Under the pieces are notes generated by a model, which made no database searches, was not told the origin of the DNA, and worked only from the letters and a program-made list of their open reading frames with translations. Shown in pieces: positions 1-13,671 of a DNA stretch of 64,000 nucleotides (position 1 is its first letter; each line of letters begins with the position of its first letter). The DNA is from Hyphochytrium catenoides. Taxonomy: Eukaryota; Protista; Hyphochytriomycota. The stretch is from NCBI GenBank assembly GCA_900088475.1, contig FLMG01000484.1, positions 1 to 64,000 on the forward strand, written 5' to 3'. The position numbers and the translations under genes were made by a program.

Positions 1-123
1 GAAACGTGCTTGCCTTGCACCTTCGCGGTAAGTTATCAACTGGGCAATTCTGAGATGAACAACTGGTGGTGCGCCAGCCAGCCCTGAGTCCAAAGCCGAG
101 TCAGCGTGGGCTGGATCTCCCAT
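1..123 (-). CDS. Possible 5' end of a minus-strand gene running off the window (MGDPAHADSALDSGLAGAPPVVHLRIAQLITYREG...)
   Basis: ATG at 123 and a frame open to the window edge; no recognisable motif. Confidence 0.25.
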   Translation of the reverse strand, partial: MGDPAHADSALDSGLAGAPPVVHLRIAQLITYREGARQARF

Positions 124-2559
124 GCTTTGTGCCCTACTTTCCCCTTGAGAGGAACTTCCTTGGCTTTCTTCCTGCTTGTGTGGGAGAGAACAGCTTCGAG
201 CGTTTGGCCTGGCCTTCCCAAGGTACCTTCCGTGGCGGCAGGGACGGTGTTTGGCTCGGCGCTCCGTTACTTGCGCTTTCGTTCTCGCTCACTGTTCGCC
301 CTCCCTCGCCCCTCTGGTTTGTCTTCCTTCCTCGCGTCTTTGTTTCAACTGACCACAGCCCCTTATCTCCATAGTTATTATTAGGCAAAGAGAGAAGGAG
401 TTTAGAACAGCTTAGAAGGAGAGGAGTTGAAGGGAAACTCCACCGCCTCGGAATTATTCCCACCCTGAAAGAGAAGAAAGCTTCATCATTCACTTCAGTC
501 TTATCCTCTGATTCTTCCTATTTTCCATTGGAAGAAACATTAAAGAGGAAACATTTCGCGACGAGAGCTGAGGGGTGAGTGGAGCTTGGAATTCTGGCCA
601 GGTCCAAGTTCTATCCCAGACGACTAAAATTACATAGATCTTCCGGAATAATAAACAATCACGGTAGTTATAGATGGTTCTAAACTACTGCTCAACTTCA
701 AATTAGAGGCAGAAATTTCCGCTGCTTCTCTATATTGAAATTGTATAAAAGGGAAGCCAGCAACTAGCCCACCCAGCCCGCCGCTGCCTCTCCTCTGCAC
801 TGCACAACCGTGAGTGGTACTGTACCATGATTAGCTCATCAACTTTGATCCAATCCTCTCTATCAAACAGCGGAAAGAACTTCACACCCAGCCCCATCGG
901 CCTCTAGCAATAGAAAGCCATAGAAAAGGGTCAAACATTGTCTTGTGGTTTGAAGGGATAGATAGGATCAGGGTCACAAAAAAGATCCCACTGGTAGCTG
1001 GATCTTTTTGCCTTGCTACAACTCCATCGGCCCCACCCACAACGAGAACTCTACTCAGACGGAAGATACCGCTGCTGCTGCTGGCGCTGATGGGGATGCG
1101 AGCCAAGTGCTGCTGTAGTTCTACAGTTGTACTGGAAAGGGAAAGGTAGAGTCGTAGGTTATAATCCAATGGTTAAAGGCGCAGCAGGCGGGCTTGGTGT
1201 TTGCTGGCGTAAATCGAAAGCCTTCCTCCACCAGATGATGCCTGCGCTTGTTATTATTATTAGTACTTACCAGAAGAACAGTCCGCCGCTTGGCGTGCTT
1301 CCGTCCAACAAGGCCAGCTCTCATAGAAATATGGGCCTCTAATAAGAGGTGAACACCATCTCGGTATGCTCAGTTAGAGGTTGCGGCCACCATCCAGCGA
1401 GAGCCCGTGGCTAATTCTTTGCAGATTGGCGCCTCGGTGCTAGTAGGCACCTATTGCAAAGTCGTTGTTGCGGTTTGTAGCTTGCCCTCAGACTAGTTTA
1501 TTATTAGAGAGATCGATAAGTAGCAAGTAAACTTTGAAGATGTTATCATCTGGCCTTATCGTTTCAGATTCCGTTCTTAGTCGTTGTTGAATTGTTGTGC
1601 CTACTACTCAAGGTTTGTAGACTACTGGACTACTATATTACTCAAACGGTGACTTATTTTCAGGGTGAGAATGGGCCACAACAACAACTTGAACACTACT
1701 AGCATGGTAGCGATTCGATAGAAAGGCGGATGGCGGAGGTATGGGTTACTGTGATGAGTTGATAGGTGCGGGAAAGTAGCCTGTGGTTGTTCTGCAGCTC
1801 TTAACTTATAGAATGGTAGAGAAGAACATTATTTTTGTGCAACAACGTCTCCTCCTCCGAGGCAGCAGTAGAGCACACCATCAGCTATTGGGTTCACATT
1901 TGCGTATGCCCGGCAACCGGCACTGAGCAACGCGGACTTGTCGGTCGCCTTTCTTGCAAGACATAGCAACTATTATGATGAGGTTATTAATGATGACTCT
2001 ACTTCGGTGCTGGCGAAGCAACCAGCTAGAAGAAGAACGACCCTTCGACGCCATCCTCCTCTCTCCTGCTGTAGGACTGAAGGATAAACGTTATCTAGCC
2101 CCTTCTTTCGATGATATCTGCTGCTACCCTAATTTGTAGAGCTTTCCTGCTTCTGCCGTCGACCCTGAAGAAGACGGAACCTTGCACAGGTACAGAAGCG
2201 GACCACAAACCAACAACAACTAGCCACAGACCTTGTTGGCGAACCTTGAGAGTCGTCTCTTCAGAAAGGACTGGATGTAGTCGTTGTTGACGTACGTTAG
2301 CGAATCTTCGATGTATCCTCAAAAAAGAATCACTAGAAATAAGGATCAACATTGGATAGTCTTAGTTATCAATCGAGAGCTTGAAACACCCCAATCAACT
2401 CCCCTTCCTCACTTCCTCCCTCCAGCGCCTGGGATCTCTCAGAAGTGGAAGAAGCAGGCAACAGCGAAATCCTATCCTCTCGCTTATTGCCCCTCCTTCC
2501 AGCAGCAGCTCTCCCTCTTGAAAGCCGATAGCTCTGTGTTGACTGCTCTATACCTACTT

Positions 2560-2635
2560 CTTTCCTCTTCTCCTCTCTCTCTCTCCCCTCTCTCCCCTCT
2601 CTTTATCTCCTCTCTCCGTCCTCTCTCGCTCCCCG

Positions 2636-2668
<33 letters not shown>

Positions 2669-2720
2669 NNNNNNNNNNNNNNNNNNNNNNNNNNNNNNNN
2701 NNNNNTCTCTCCTCTCTCTC
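2560..2720. repeat. (CT)n microsatellite / pyrimidine tract containing an assembly gap (N 2669-2705)
   Basis: Directly visible; lies about 400 bp upstream of the SEC14 gene. Confidence 0.95.
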
Positions 2721-3112
2721 ACACTACTCACCTCTCTTCTCGCTGATAGTCAAGGCGGCAACTTACAGTTCGGCGCTTACAGTCCTCATCCCTTACTTGT
2801 CTCCTCCTCTCAACAGTTCCCTTTCATCCGGCACACCATCTACCCCATCCTCGGTCCCATCCTTTTCTGACGGGTTGAGGACCCAATTATAGATCGACAA
2901 ACCTCCATCCCGCTCTCAACTCATCAAACCCGTTTAAGAGTAAGAAAGACATAACAGCAAGCCCGTCTAGCCGTCATTCATTACTAAAATCGTCAAACTT
3001 GAGGTCATCCGTGCGCCGCTTGCCCCCTGCATATATCAACTTCACTCCAGACAATCAAGACCATCATTCGTTTTTCAACGGAATCCGCTCTCTCATTATC
3101 GGTCAACCAATC

Positions 3113-5848
3113 ATGACTTCTGTGGAGTCGATCAATGTGCAGATGGCTGTTTGCAACGACGCAAAGGCCGTTGATTCAACTCTCAGCAAGCTTGATGATG
3201 TTGATGACCTTCGCTTACCGACACTTGCGCTTGGCAATGATGCTACGGAAGAGGTAGCTCCTGTCTCTAAACAATCTCGTTGATGGGACCATGTGGGTCT
3301 AACAAAATTCTTGTCCTCCTGTGTTGTCACAGTCCAGCCACCTCGAGCAGCAGAAGATGGCAATGGAAGGTTAGTACGATCGGCTTTTTTTCCTTTACTA
3401 AGATCTAGTGCCAAAGTCGATGTGCTACTTAGAGGAGGTGGCAAAGACTGAAGCCGAACTGATGCGAGCCTTGCACGATGCAGAGAAGCAGCTGCACGAC
3501 ATTGCTCTCCTGGAGGAACTAAGCCCTAAGGCAGAGCTTCAGACCTGCAATCTGGATATCCTGCGCGCTGCTTCCTCATGTTCGAGTATGAACAGCGGCA
3601 TCGCTCACTGCAATGATGCCAGCGGACCTTCCAGTAGTACTAACACCGTCAGGTATGGGGCTGCAATTGGCCAAACACCAGTAAGGCTGTAATTAACTCA
3701 TAGCGCTTGCAGACTTCCGGGTGATAAGGTCCAAAGAGCCACCTCTATGCATGCCCTGCCCATTGAATCCCCCAACCCTGCCAACGAGTTTGCAGCTCTG
3801 ACAGGTTTGTCACTTGCTTTGACATCATCAAGTCACTCGATTATAGCCTTTCTGTCCAATTTCTGATTGATCTCACACTTCGGCTACTCAGAGATGCGTA
3901 AGGAGCTTGCAGAAGATCTCAAGGGCGTGCCAGACTTCGAAGAATTGAAAGGGGATGTCCGCCTTTTGCGCTTCCTCCGCGGCTACCGACTAAATGTGCA
4001 GCAGGTAGAGCTTTTCTGGACTGGGCTCATGAGCCCTTCACGTTTACTTATTGACGATCAATAGGCCTGCAAGAGCTACCGCGCTATGCTTGAGTCTAGA
4101 AAACAGCATGGTCTTGATAAGATTCGTGAGGAGCTCGTCGCGAAGCAACTGCGCCCAGAAAGCTTCCCTCATTTTGCCCTTGTGCAGTGAGTGCCAGACT
4201 TTATTCTTCTCATATTACTAGTTGCCTCTCATAATAATACCGCCATCCTTTATTCATTCCAAATATTCTACGCTCTCCTTGGTCCAGGCCACGGTGTGTT
4301 CCAAGGTCGTCCTTAATTTTCTCCCCCGTTATCAGATTCCCCCATCAGTCGCTTGCCGTCACCTCCTCTCTTGCACCCTCTTCTTCATCTGTCAAGACTT
4401 CGGTTCGGTTTCTTTACTTAGCAATGTTTGAACATCAGGAAGCACATCCCCTTCGCCAACCTGTACAATACCTTTGACCGCCAAGGGAATGTCATCGTCA
4501 TAGAGAGGACAGGCGCTATCAACAAAAACGGTTCGGATAAGCTGTCTCACTTTTAGCTTCTGCCCATCTAGCTACCTTGTCTGCCTGAGTTAGTTATTTT
4601 TGCTGTAGCTGAATTCTCACTGAACCTGATTATTTCCTGCCATTATCATGCTCATAGTGCGAGTTGGCCTTGACACCTATATTGGACAGGTCTGGTGGCA
4701 GAGCTCGGCTACGAGAAGCTGTTTGATTACTTCAAATATGAGCTCGAGTACAGGTCAATCCAGCTAGACAGACACTCCAGAGAGAAAGAGCGCTTAGTGC
4801 GAGTCATTGAGATCCGCGATTTGAAGGTGCATAGTCTTCCTTATAGAGCTCTTCACTTGCAATCCACCACTTATCGCTTCTCTTTCGCTCTGCAGGATAT
4901 CAACCCAGCGGTCTTGGATGTGAAGACTCTGAACTTCCTAAACCTTCTATTTTCTTTTATGCAAATCAACTACCCAGAATCCACCGCCTACATTTTTGCC
5001 TCCAACGCTCCGGTAAGGGTTCCTTCGTCTCCAGTGGCGAGTGCTTTGAAGCTAATTGCATTGCCGACAGTGGGTCTTCTCTCAGATGTGGAAGCTGCTG
5101 GTCACCGTCATTCCCGCAGCAGTAATCCAGAAGATCCAGATTAAGGATGAGAAGAAGACGAAAGCAGAGCTTCCCATTTACATAGATAAGGACGTACTCC
5201 CTACATACCTAGGCAAGTTGAAACCATGTGCTCTAATAATCGCGGTCAAAGCTGACCAAGAGCCCGCTACTTGATGATAGGAGGAAATAATGAAGCCAGG
5301 CTTGTTCCCGAGACGGGTCTGCTAGCCCCTCCTCCGTTCCAACAGCTTCTCAATGAAGGGGGGACAAGCGTCAGCATTGGCCGGGGAGCCTCTGAGAGAC
5401 TTGCAGTCCTTGTGCCCAAGGGCGGCTCTCTTCGCTGGGAGTTTGCCTGCGACGGATATGACTTAGACTTTACCTTGAAGGAATGTAAACAGGGCGACGG
5501 AGAGGCTATTGAAGAAGTTTTGATTCCAACACAGAGGTACCAACCTTACAGGTAAGACTACTTGTCGGTGACGATGGACCACGTAGGGAGCGAGGGAGAG
5601 AAAGAACACGTTGAGTATTTGACAGGCGGAAGAAACCAGAGAGTGTCAGAAAAAATGTTAGAGGGTTTGACGTTAGCTGACCTTCTGTTGCTCCTAGCAT
5701 CGTGGCTGGCACATGGAAGGCGGAAAAGGACACTCGGCTGGCGCTCATCTTTAGCAACAGCTATTCCTGGGTAAGGGGCAAGGAAGTTGCGTACAAGACA
5801 ACGATCACGAAGCCCACCGGAGAGGAGGAGACAGTACTTAAGCAGTAG
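3113..5848 (+). CDS. SEC14-like lipid-binding protein (CRAL-TRIO plus C-terminal GOLD domain), multi-exon
   Basis: CRAL-TRIO N motif DVRLLRFLRGYRLNV; DRQGNVIVIERTG; IRDLK; MQINYPES..IFASNAP|WVFSQMWKL; IDKDVLPTYLGG; GOLD motifs LRWEFACDGYDLDF and LIFSNSYSWVRGKEVAY; GT-AG introns; stop TAG 5846-5848. Confidence 0.9.
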
Positions 5849-6139
5849 TGCCGGACAATAATAGATTACTCATTTTAGTGTACATTAAGTACAATGGAGA
5901 CATTGGCTTTTTCCTGACCCTGATTACCACGACTAATTGCCAAGAATTCTTGGCCAAAGCTCTCTTTTTCCCTCTTTACTTCTTCTCTCTATCCCCTTTG
6001 CCACCCACTAACGACTTCTCTTGCCACCCACTAGCGACAGGAGAAGTCTCTAGTGGAGGCAAGAGTGGCATATTTGTATAGCCGATTGTATGCTACGGTA
6101 ACTGAGGGTCGTGACTGTGAGGAAGACTATGGCAGCTGT

Positions 6140-7339
6140 CTAAAAGCGAAAGATAACCAAACGCTTCTCAACGCCAATCCTGCACACCGGACACTCGGTA
6201 GTGCTCTCTGTGCACTCTTCACAAAAACCTAGATGACCACAAGGGATGAAAGCGATGTTGGCCAGGTACTCGTAGCACACCTTGCAGCAATCACGCTCAA
6301 AGTCCACGCTGCTGGGCCGTCGAGTGAGTCGTGGTGCCTTCTCCTCATCACCCTCCTCATCTCTTCTCTCGGGGCTGCCTTCCCCTCCCACTTCTATCCC
6401 GTTGCACTCTTTCGAGGAGCGCTTGGATATCCGGGTCTCTCTTCCTAACAGATGCTTGTTGATAATGGGGGCCCCCTCCAGAGTTAGGGAGGCGCTTCGA
6501 GAGGAGCCGTTTGCGATCACTGGTGCAGCAGAAGATTCCACGCTTGAAGCGAGAAGGCCTCCACTGGACGGCCCACTGGTGTCTCTTAAGACAGACGACC
6601 TAGGACGAGGAGGTAGGGAACCACTAGGCCTGCTGACATCAAGGGAGAGAAGCGTATCTACCAGTTCCTCCATTCTTGCTGTGGGCTTCTGAGCCGTAAC
6701 ACGCAACACATCCTGAGTATGGAAGCCTAACCCTACGAGTTGGGCCACCACGTTCCCAGTCCCCGCTGGCGTGCCTCCTATTAAGGCAAGGCAAAAAGTA
6801 AGGAACAGTCGTCATACTGATATACCTGGCTAAACCCATATATCTCTTCTGGCAACAGCAATTGTCACTGTTTGTCTCTTACTCGCTCCCTTCATTGTTG
6901 CCCCGCAATATTATAACCTTATCCTTAGATCACAGCTTCCCTTGCTCGACAAACCTACTTACCGGGCTGTCCTGAAACTTCTCTGGCTTGTCCAAACAGA
7001 TTCTCCGACTCACTACTATATCTGTGCCCTTTCCGAGCAGGAGTCCCAATGGCCACGTATGAGAAGAAATTTTGAAAAGACAGGGAGAGGCAATAGAGAC
7101 ACCGATATCAAGATCGAGAGAAAGAGAGAGAGCAAGAGAAAGACAACAGATAGAGTGGGTGTTGAGAGGAAAAGAGAGAAAAAAGAGAGTGAGCTTTGTG
7201 AGGATTTGTGAAGAGGTCTAGCACTTATACTGCACCAACCCCCCGGCAACCCTTAGCGTCTTTCTCCTTACCTGGTGGCGTTGAAGCTTGAACGGCAGGA
7301 GAGGAGACAGGACTCAAGACAAGGGATGAAAGGTCTCAT
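6140..7339 (-). CDS. UBA-like plus C-terminal C3HC4 RING (IAP/XBAT-type) E3 ligase ORF; possibly the C-terminal half of the adjacent ankyrin gene
   Basis: VAQLVGLGF...LVDTLL (UBA-like) and CKVCYE..ANIAFIPCGHLGFCEECTESTTECPVCR at the C-terminus; upstream exons near 6964-7020 and ending at 7272; start uncertain. Confidence 0.75.
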
Positions 7340-7661
7340 TGAGAAGCTGAACAATCCCCTCATTATCGCCTCGGAGGTTTCTAGCTTTCCAAAGCCGGAC
7401 ATTCACATCCTCCACAGCTCCTGCATTCAGAAGCATTTGCACAGCGCTCTTGTGGCCAGCCAGACAAGCATAATATAGCGCTGACTTGCCGACATGGTCG
7501 GCCATGCTGACATCGCACTCATCTCTCTCCAGGAAGTACTGGATGGCCTGCACATCACCTTTATAAGCAGCTGCATAGATGTTCTCCACCGCGGGTCGAT
7601 AGCTCTTTTTGCTGAACGAGTTTGACCGCACTGAGCGTCTGCGGAAGAGCTTGGTTGACAT
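7314..7661 (-). CDS. Ankyrin-repeat ORF
   Basis: IYAAAYKGDVQAIQYFLE..CDVSMADHVGKSALYYACLAGHKSAVQMLLNAGA; ends at TGA 7314-7316 (see finding). Confidence 0.8.
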   Translation of the reverse strand: MSTKLFRRRSVRSNSFSKKSYRPAVENIYAAAYKGDVQAIQYFLERDECDVSMADHVGKSALYYACLAGHKSAVQMLLNAGAVEDVNVRLWKARNLRGDNEGIVQLLNETFHPLS

Positions 7662-8621
7662 GGCGTCCGATGGTGGCTCTGATCCGCGAACAAACAGTTT
7701 CTGGACTGATAAATGAAGCTCCACGGCAGGAGCAAATGATGGTGCCGAGCGCCGTATCCAAGAGAGTCAGAGAACGAGTAGACCGTCAAGTCATCGAAGT
7801 TCTTCAAGCCATAGCTTCCGACAGGCTTTCAGTTGATGTGTCTAACAGAAATGTGAGGCAAGCCTAATACAGCGGCATCAGCCTTTACCGCTGGCTCCAG
7901 GAATGAGAAAGCAGCGCCTCCCAGCTCTTCAAGAAGCTCTGGTTTATGCACCTCGGTAATGACGTTGTCTCTCCCTTAACAGCGCAAATAGGACGACGTG
8001 GACAGAGTGGAGTGAGTGCCAAGGCGACGGGACGGTACCTCGTAGAAGTGCAGCTGTGAAGCTCCTCAAGCTCATCGTCTTCTCCTCGTCAAGTCTTCTC
8101 CTTGCCATCTTCAGTGCTGCCGCGCCGCCGCATCATGGGCAGCAGCTTGGATCATGGACAGCTTCTGCGTTCTTCATGTGGCTGTTAGGAGCTTAGGAGG
8201 GACGACGCGGAATAGCCTTAGGTATCTCGTCCGCAGTCCGCCCGACATTCCTTTGATATGGGGGAATTCCTTCGGATACTGTTGGGTGTAGAAGTTGGAC
8301 AGTTATGAAAATCCTCAAAAGGCCGGCAGAGTGCTTCTGAAAAAAAGAGACAGAGGGAATGGAAGACGGGACAATAGGGATTGAAGAGATAGAAGAGAGA
8401 CGACCAAGGGAGGAGGAGGACAGAAAGCAGCAAGATCTCCCCCTTTCTGCCTCTGTTGTCCTGCTGATGATGGAGCGAGGCTCAGCTTTTATATTAATAA
8501 TGGCGATGCCTTGAAGCTGATGCGGCATTGAGTAGTATCCGGGGCGCAACTTGCGCAAGGCAGAGCGCTGTGACGACAGATAAGGTGCTCTGTTAGTAGG
8601 ACGATGAAGGGATGAGTCGCG

Positions 8622-10276
8622 ATGGACGTGAGGAAAACCTGCGAAGGGCGACAAGCTGAGGCGGTGTCCCGCTGGAAGGCTGTACCCTGGAATCGCGTTT
8701 TCGAGGGTTCGACGACCGCGGGTGAGCACTTCTTTGCTCCTTCAGGACAATGTGGACTATCCCCTTGATCTGACGCTGCCTGAGGGGAATTATCCTCCCC
8801 GTCATCCTCTCTTCACGATTACTTTCTTCTAACGCCCTGCTGGCACGTCCATCGCTTCCCTACTGCTACCTGTACTCACACGTTGCTCTTCTCCTTTTGC
8901 TTTTGAGCAGCTCTTTACTTCATGCGTAGCGGCTTGGTACGAAAGGATCTTCTTTGTCTGTATGCCAAGGAGTTTATCCCTGAAAGCTACTCCGCGGAGA
9001 GTGCTGAAGCTGCACTATCCCTCCTCTTTTCCGATAAGGCTACTCATTGCTCTCCGTCACAATCAGAGTCCTGCAGGTCACCTCCAACGCCTTCTACTCT
9101 ATCTTCGCCATACGTCCCTGGCCTTTGGATTTTAAAGCTCACAGACTCCAGCAATGCCAATGGCCTCATGGTCTTACGTTCTGACAGTATCGACATCAGT
9201 TTACTCGCGGAGCTCTTTGAGGATAAGTACGGACAACAGAGAAGGGGGAACCCTTACTAATAAGTGTTCCCAGCCATGATCTTCATCTTGTTGGCGCTAT
9301 ACTTGACCTCGTTCCTGATGGTCCTTCTTGCTCTTTTGTCTCCTCTGCTTGGAACTGCAATTTTGGTGTCTATCTTTCATTGCTGATGGCCACGAGTATG
9401 CCGGCCTGTTGCCCCTTCACAGCACTGCGCTGGGGGGACAGCATTCTGACTCGCTTCTCTCTCTTCTCCAAGACGAAAGAGGATTCTGCAGCGCTACCTT
9501 CAGCCCATGCTGCTTGACAGGAAGTACAAGTTTCATGTCCGAAGCTTAGTCTTGTGTGTAGGCGCCCTCTCCGTCTACCTATATGAAGATAGTTTGGCCC
9601 TCAGAGCCACTGTACCATGGACTAAGGAACATAACCTGGATGATAAGCTTGCCCATGTCACAAACGTTAGCGTCAATGAGAGAAACCATCTCTTTTCTCC
9701 TGGATCTCAGGTGATGAAAATTAAAGACCTTTATCTTAGCGACCAACTGGGCTTCCACAAGACAAGAGATGTGAATGCGGCGGAACACCCTTCTTGCTGT
9801 TCCCAGAGAGACCTTAGGCACTGTTGGTCGCTAGAAGAGGCAGTAGCCCCGCAGATGAAGGAGATTATAAGAGTTACTTTTGAGAGGATCTCCACAAACA
9901 GACGGCACTTCTTTACCCTTCCCAACTGCTATGAGCTCTTTGGCGTCGACTTCATGGTAACGTCAACACGTACCGCCTGACGACCCCTACTGCTGCCCTC
10001 TTGCCATCACGCTCTGACTGTTGTGCTCCTTCTGCTATAGCTATCCATCTCTGTTCTGCGGCGGACCGTTTGTCACAATTCTGGCACCTAACAGTAACGT
10101 CCTGCTCTCAGATTGATTATAGTTGCCGAGTATGGCTCCTAGAGTTTAACCCCTGTCCGAGCCTTGCGATGTATGGGAAGTCGTTGGAGGAGCTTGTGGG
10201 CCCAACTCCTTTGGAGCAGATACCTTCCTCTTTCAAGCGCGTGTACAGCTCGCCGAGCCTTATAGCTCCTGAGTGA
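8622..10276 (+). CDS. Tubulin-tyrosine ligase family ATP-grasp protein (Pby1/TTL-like)
   Basis: WILKLTDSSNANG, ILQRYLQPMLL..KFHVRSLVL, AHVTN, YELFGVDFM|IDYSCRVWLLEFNPCP; start codon uncertain. Confidence 0.85.
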
Positions 10277-10342
10277 CTTCTTGCGCAACATCAACCTTTA
10301 CTGACTCCCTTCGGAGGATCTGACATGGACGGAGAAGAATCG

Positions 10343-12826
10343 CTATATCTTTGCGACCTCAGAATGCCGAAGAGCGTTGGCAGCTTCCAGTTTGTCGAAG
10401 TCCTCGCCATCCTGCTGAGTGCCAGTTAGAGCAACTTTGGGATAGATAACCCAGAAGGATGCGAAACGATAGATGAGAGCGGGGGAAACTCGAGAGGAGA
10501 AATCGCGGACCATACCTCGTCAACCAGTCTCTCCAGAGCCATAACCTTTTTCTTAAGGTCATCAAGGGCAATGGAGTTTCTGGAAGTGGCCCTCTCACCG
10601 ATCCGGCTATCAGCAAAGTGTGCAGGATAGACCTACAGAGACAGGGACTTAGCCAGCCTGGGTTTCTCTTTGCTCAAGCTGTAAACTCATACCGCCGCGA
10701 CCGGTCTTTTAGGAGCGGGATCCTGGAAACAAAAGGATTAGTAACCCGCGGCGTTGACCTAGAAGCAGTGCCTGCCCTTTTTGGCGTTACCTGCAAACCC
10801 AATAGTCGTGAGTCCCTCCACTCGTCATGCTGCTTCCGCTGCTCCAGCTTGTGAGCGGCAAACCTATGTGGAGGGACACGTGATAGGATGAGAGTTAGCA
10901 ACGCAGAAATCTCATCCATGCCATAGCTTTAGCTTCCGAGGGCCAAGCTCAGCTTCTTACCTATCTTCAAGCGTAAAGTATCGCTGCTCCCAATCTTTGT
11001 TTATTTCTCTGCAAGCTGCTTCTTGCTTCGCAAGCTCCTCTTTAGCTGCCTGCAGCTGCTTCTGCGTGCACAAAGTGCATTTAAACAAAACAGGTAAGGA
11101 GGTTGGGAACTTAAACCCGGTCTGTAATGTGAAGATGTCCGCGATGATGAGAGAACAGTTACCTGAGACTTGTCCCGATCCACAGCCATTTCTTGGATCT
11201 AAGTAGAGTCCGATTCTAAGCAGTACAGGATAGAATGGAACATCTGCCGGCCTTAACGTACCTCAAGGAGTAGCTCCTGGATTTGACGTTGCGACTTAAT
11301 GAGCTCCGCTTGGGCTTGAGTAAGGAGGGAGGAGACGTGTTGTTCTTTTTGCTTGGATGCCGCTAGTTGGTCAACTAGATCTTTCTTCTCATTTTCCATA
11401 ATCTTTCTCCCTCCGGTGTATTTTCTTGCAGATGGGATATTAGCTCTTAGCATTGCATTGTCTAGTGTGCCCACCGTCAATAGCTCTACCTGTTCTCGCC
11501 TCGAAGATCCACAATTATTTTCATTGCTTCCTGGAGTTGATCCGCCAGCTTCTGATTCACAGCCTAGCCAAGGGATTTGAGTTAAAGAGGTAAAGCTCGG
11601 AGAGTTTGACTGTTTGTGGCTGAGGGGGTCTGGAGTCTAACTTTAAGTGGAGACTGTTAAGAACGTTGACTGAAGATCGTAAATGAGTTGATAGTTAGTG
11701 GAAAAGCAGGACGTACTGCAGCTTCCCGCTCCCTAGCTTCGACACGGCTTGACCACTGCACAGCCTCCTCGTAATGTTCGAGGAGATAGGCACACAGCTG
11801 GGTTTGGCTGGTCGGGTCAAGATCCTCAGGACTCAGCAGCGCAGTGCGGACCTGAATGGCAAATCATGAGACGCGGAGCCTTGGACCAGCGTCATGGTTC
11901 GGACCGTCGCTAACTTAGCGGAGCTAACCAAAATGGGAAAAGACAGGTAGACGAGGGCAAACTTGAAAAGTGAGACACAAACAGAAGATGGAAGAGCGAA
12001 TCGAAAGCGCCAAACAGAAAGAGTACGAATGGTCTGATTTCAAGCTCGAAGGCTAGGAGATCAGGCACCTTGTCCGAAATCTTGAAGGGCCGGATGCTCT
12101 CTTTTACCCTCTCGTGGGACCTCCTAGAAGGAACGTCTTCATGACCAGTATGGTGCTTTGTCCTGCGTAGCCCTCTGCAAGACTGCTTCCATATTGCTGA
12201 CTAGATGCCAAAAAGCCTTAGAGGGGTTGACTCTTCCCTCTTCATATACAATAGTTTCAGAACCAGCTGATCCATACCTCCTTTGACAGTTGCCCTGAGC
12301 GCTAAGAGCAGAAGCCAAAGTCCATGGATGATTACATAGGTTAACTACCAGCAACAGTGTGATTTATTTGGGTCTATCCGTACCTCTTGACTGTATTCGC
12401 CGGAGATGCGATGGCTAAGATTGGAAGAAGAAGAATCCAATGATGGAGAAGAGACTGAGGACAAGAGTAGATTAGCTTCTTCATCGTATTGTGGCGCTTC
12501 AGCCAAAGGAATATCTTTTTCCGTCCCTTACCAAAAGAGGCTTCTTCTTTCTCCGTTTTAGTTGTAGCTGGACGTGAGTTCTCATACGACCAGGACTTTG
12601 GAGGCTTCCGACCCTCGAGCATTGCGTCTCTCAGCTCTGAGAGCCTATCACGTACATTAGAAGCCAAATTTGGCGGAACTGCAGTAATAGACCTCTCATT
12701 GCCTAGGGTAGTAAATCCTTCTCGGTTTCGAGCGAAAGCTTCAGCGTTCTCCTTAGAGTTCTGCCGCAGCGCCCGCCGCCTTAGCGCAAGCTCCCGGCGA
12801 CTTAAGTGAGTTTCCGTACTTGCCAT
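10343..12826 (-). CDS. Multi-exon coiled-coil protein of unknown function
   Basis: Exons with E/K/Q-rich heptads (KKDLVDQLAASKQKEQ..., KQLQAAKEELAKQE, LDDLKKKVMALERLVDE) joined by GT-AG introns; last exon ends ...HSEVAKI*. Confidence 0.65.
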
Positions 12827-13671
12827 TGACCTTCCAGGAGTAATAGCTAGGAATTGTTCTGTGTCCGCTCTCTTCTACTTCATACAAGCTTCCCATTAGG
12901 GCGCAATCGGATCATTGTACGTCTGGGTGGTCCCTAGCACTTCACGAAGCAGCTCGAAGTTTTGCCGGTTCGGTCAACTTCTGCCAGATGTGCGTTAGTC
13001 CCCCTGCTGCGGTAAGAATGTCTGAAAGAAGTCTATCTCTAAGGCTGGGCTGACAATGGCTAACACTCCGTTTACGAGGCAAGAGAGGTGGACTTCTCCT
13101 TGCGCCGGTGGGGATGGAAGAAGGCCAATGACTCGGAGCTCGGAGCTCGGAGCGCCAGAGATGATCCTGAAGCTCTGTGATGATATTAAAGTGAAACGAT
13201 GTCGGTTGGCCCTTGCTTCTCATCTTAACAGTTATCAAACACTGATAACTGAAATGTTCCTGACCGTTACCCGTCGATCAATCTCCCTCGCTTCATCTGA
13301 AGATCATCGGCGCTCCCATCACCCAGCCCGCGCTCTCCCTAACACCTGTGACACTTGTCAAGCATCATCCCATGACGATGGCGTTTAGCTGAAAGAGTCT
13401 ATAAATCTGGAGGCGGATCTTCAGAAGTTCAACCATCTCCGTCACGAACCACGTCTGAGAGAGCCTGTGTAAGCAATCTTGGGGCTTGATATGTGTGGCC
13501 CATAGGGTCAAGGGCTTCGGAACCAGGCTGGCTAGGAGCCTTCCCATATTGGAAGTGGCTGAGCCCAGCAGCACCAGCTTTTGTCGCCCCTTCAAATCTC
13601 TGGAGTTCTCTTCCTAGATCTGCTTGTTCTACTGGACATGAGGGAGGTTCTGTAGCATTAATATATGAAGG

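Noticed and set aside
500-2280. Long gene-free stretches (also 29100-31190 and 44300-45200) as ncRNA or mobile elements
   Set aside because: No tRNA boxes, snRNA motifs, terminal repeats or coding motifs seen; an Infernal/Rfam scan would be needed to exclude ncRNA.
2284-2892. 202-aa ORF, and similar ORFs at 45792-46307
   Set aside because: Artefacts of CT microsatellites and N gaps.
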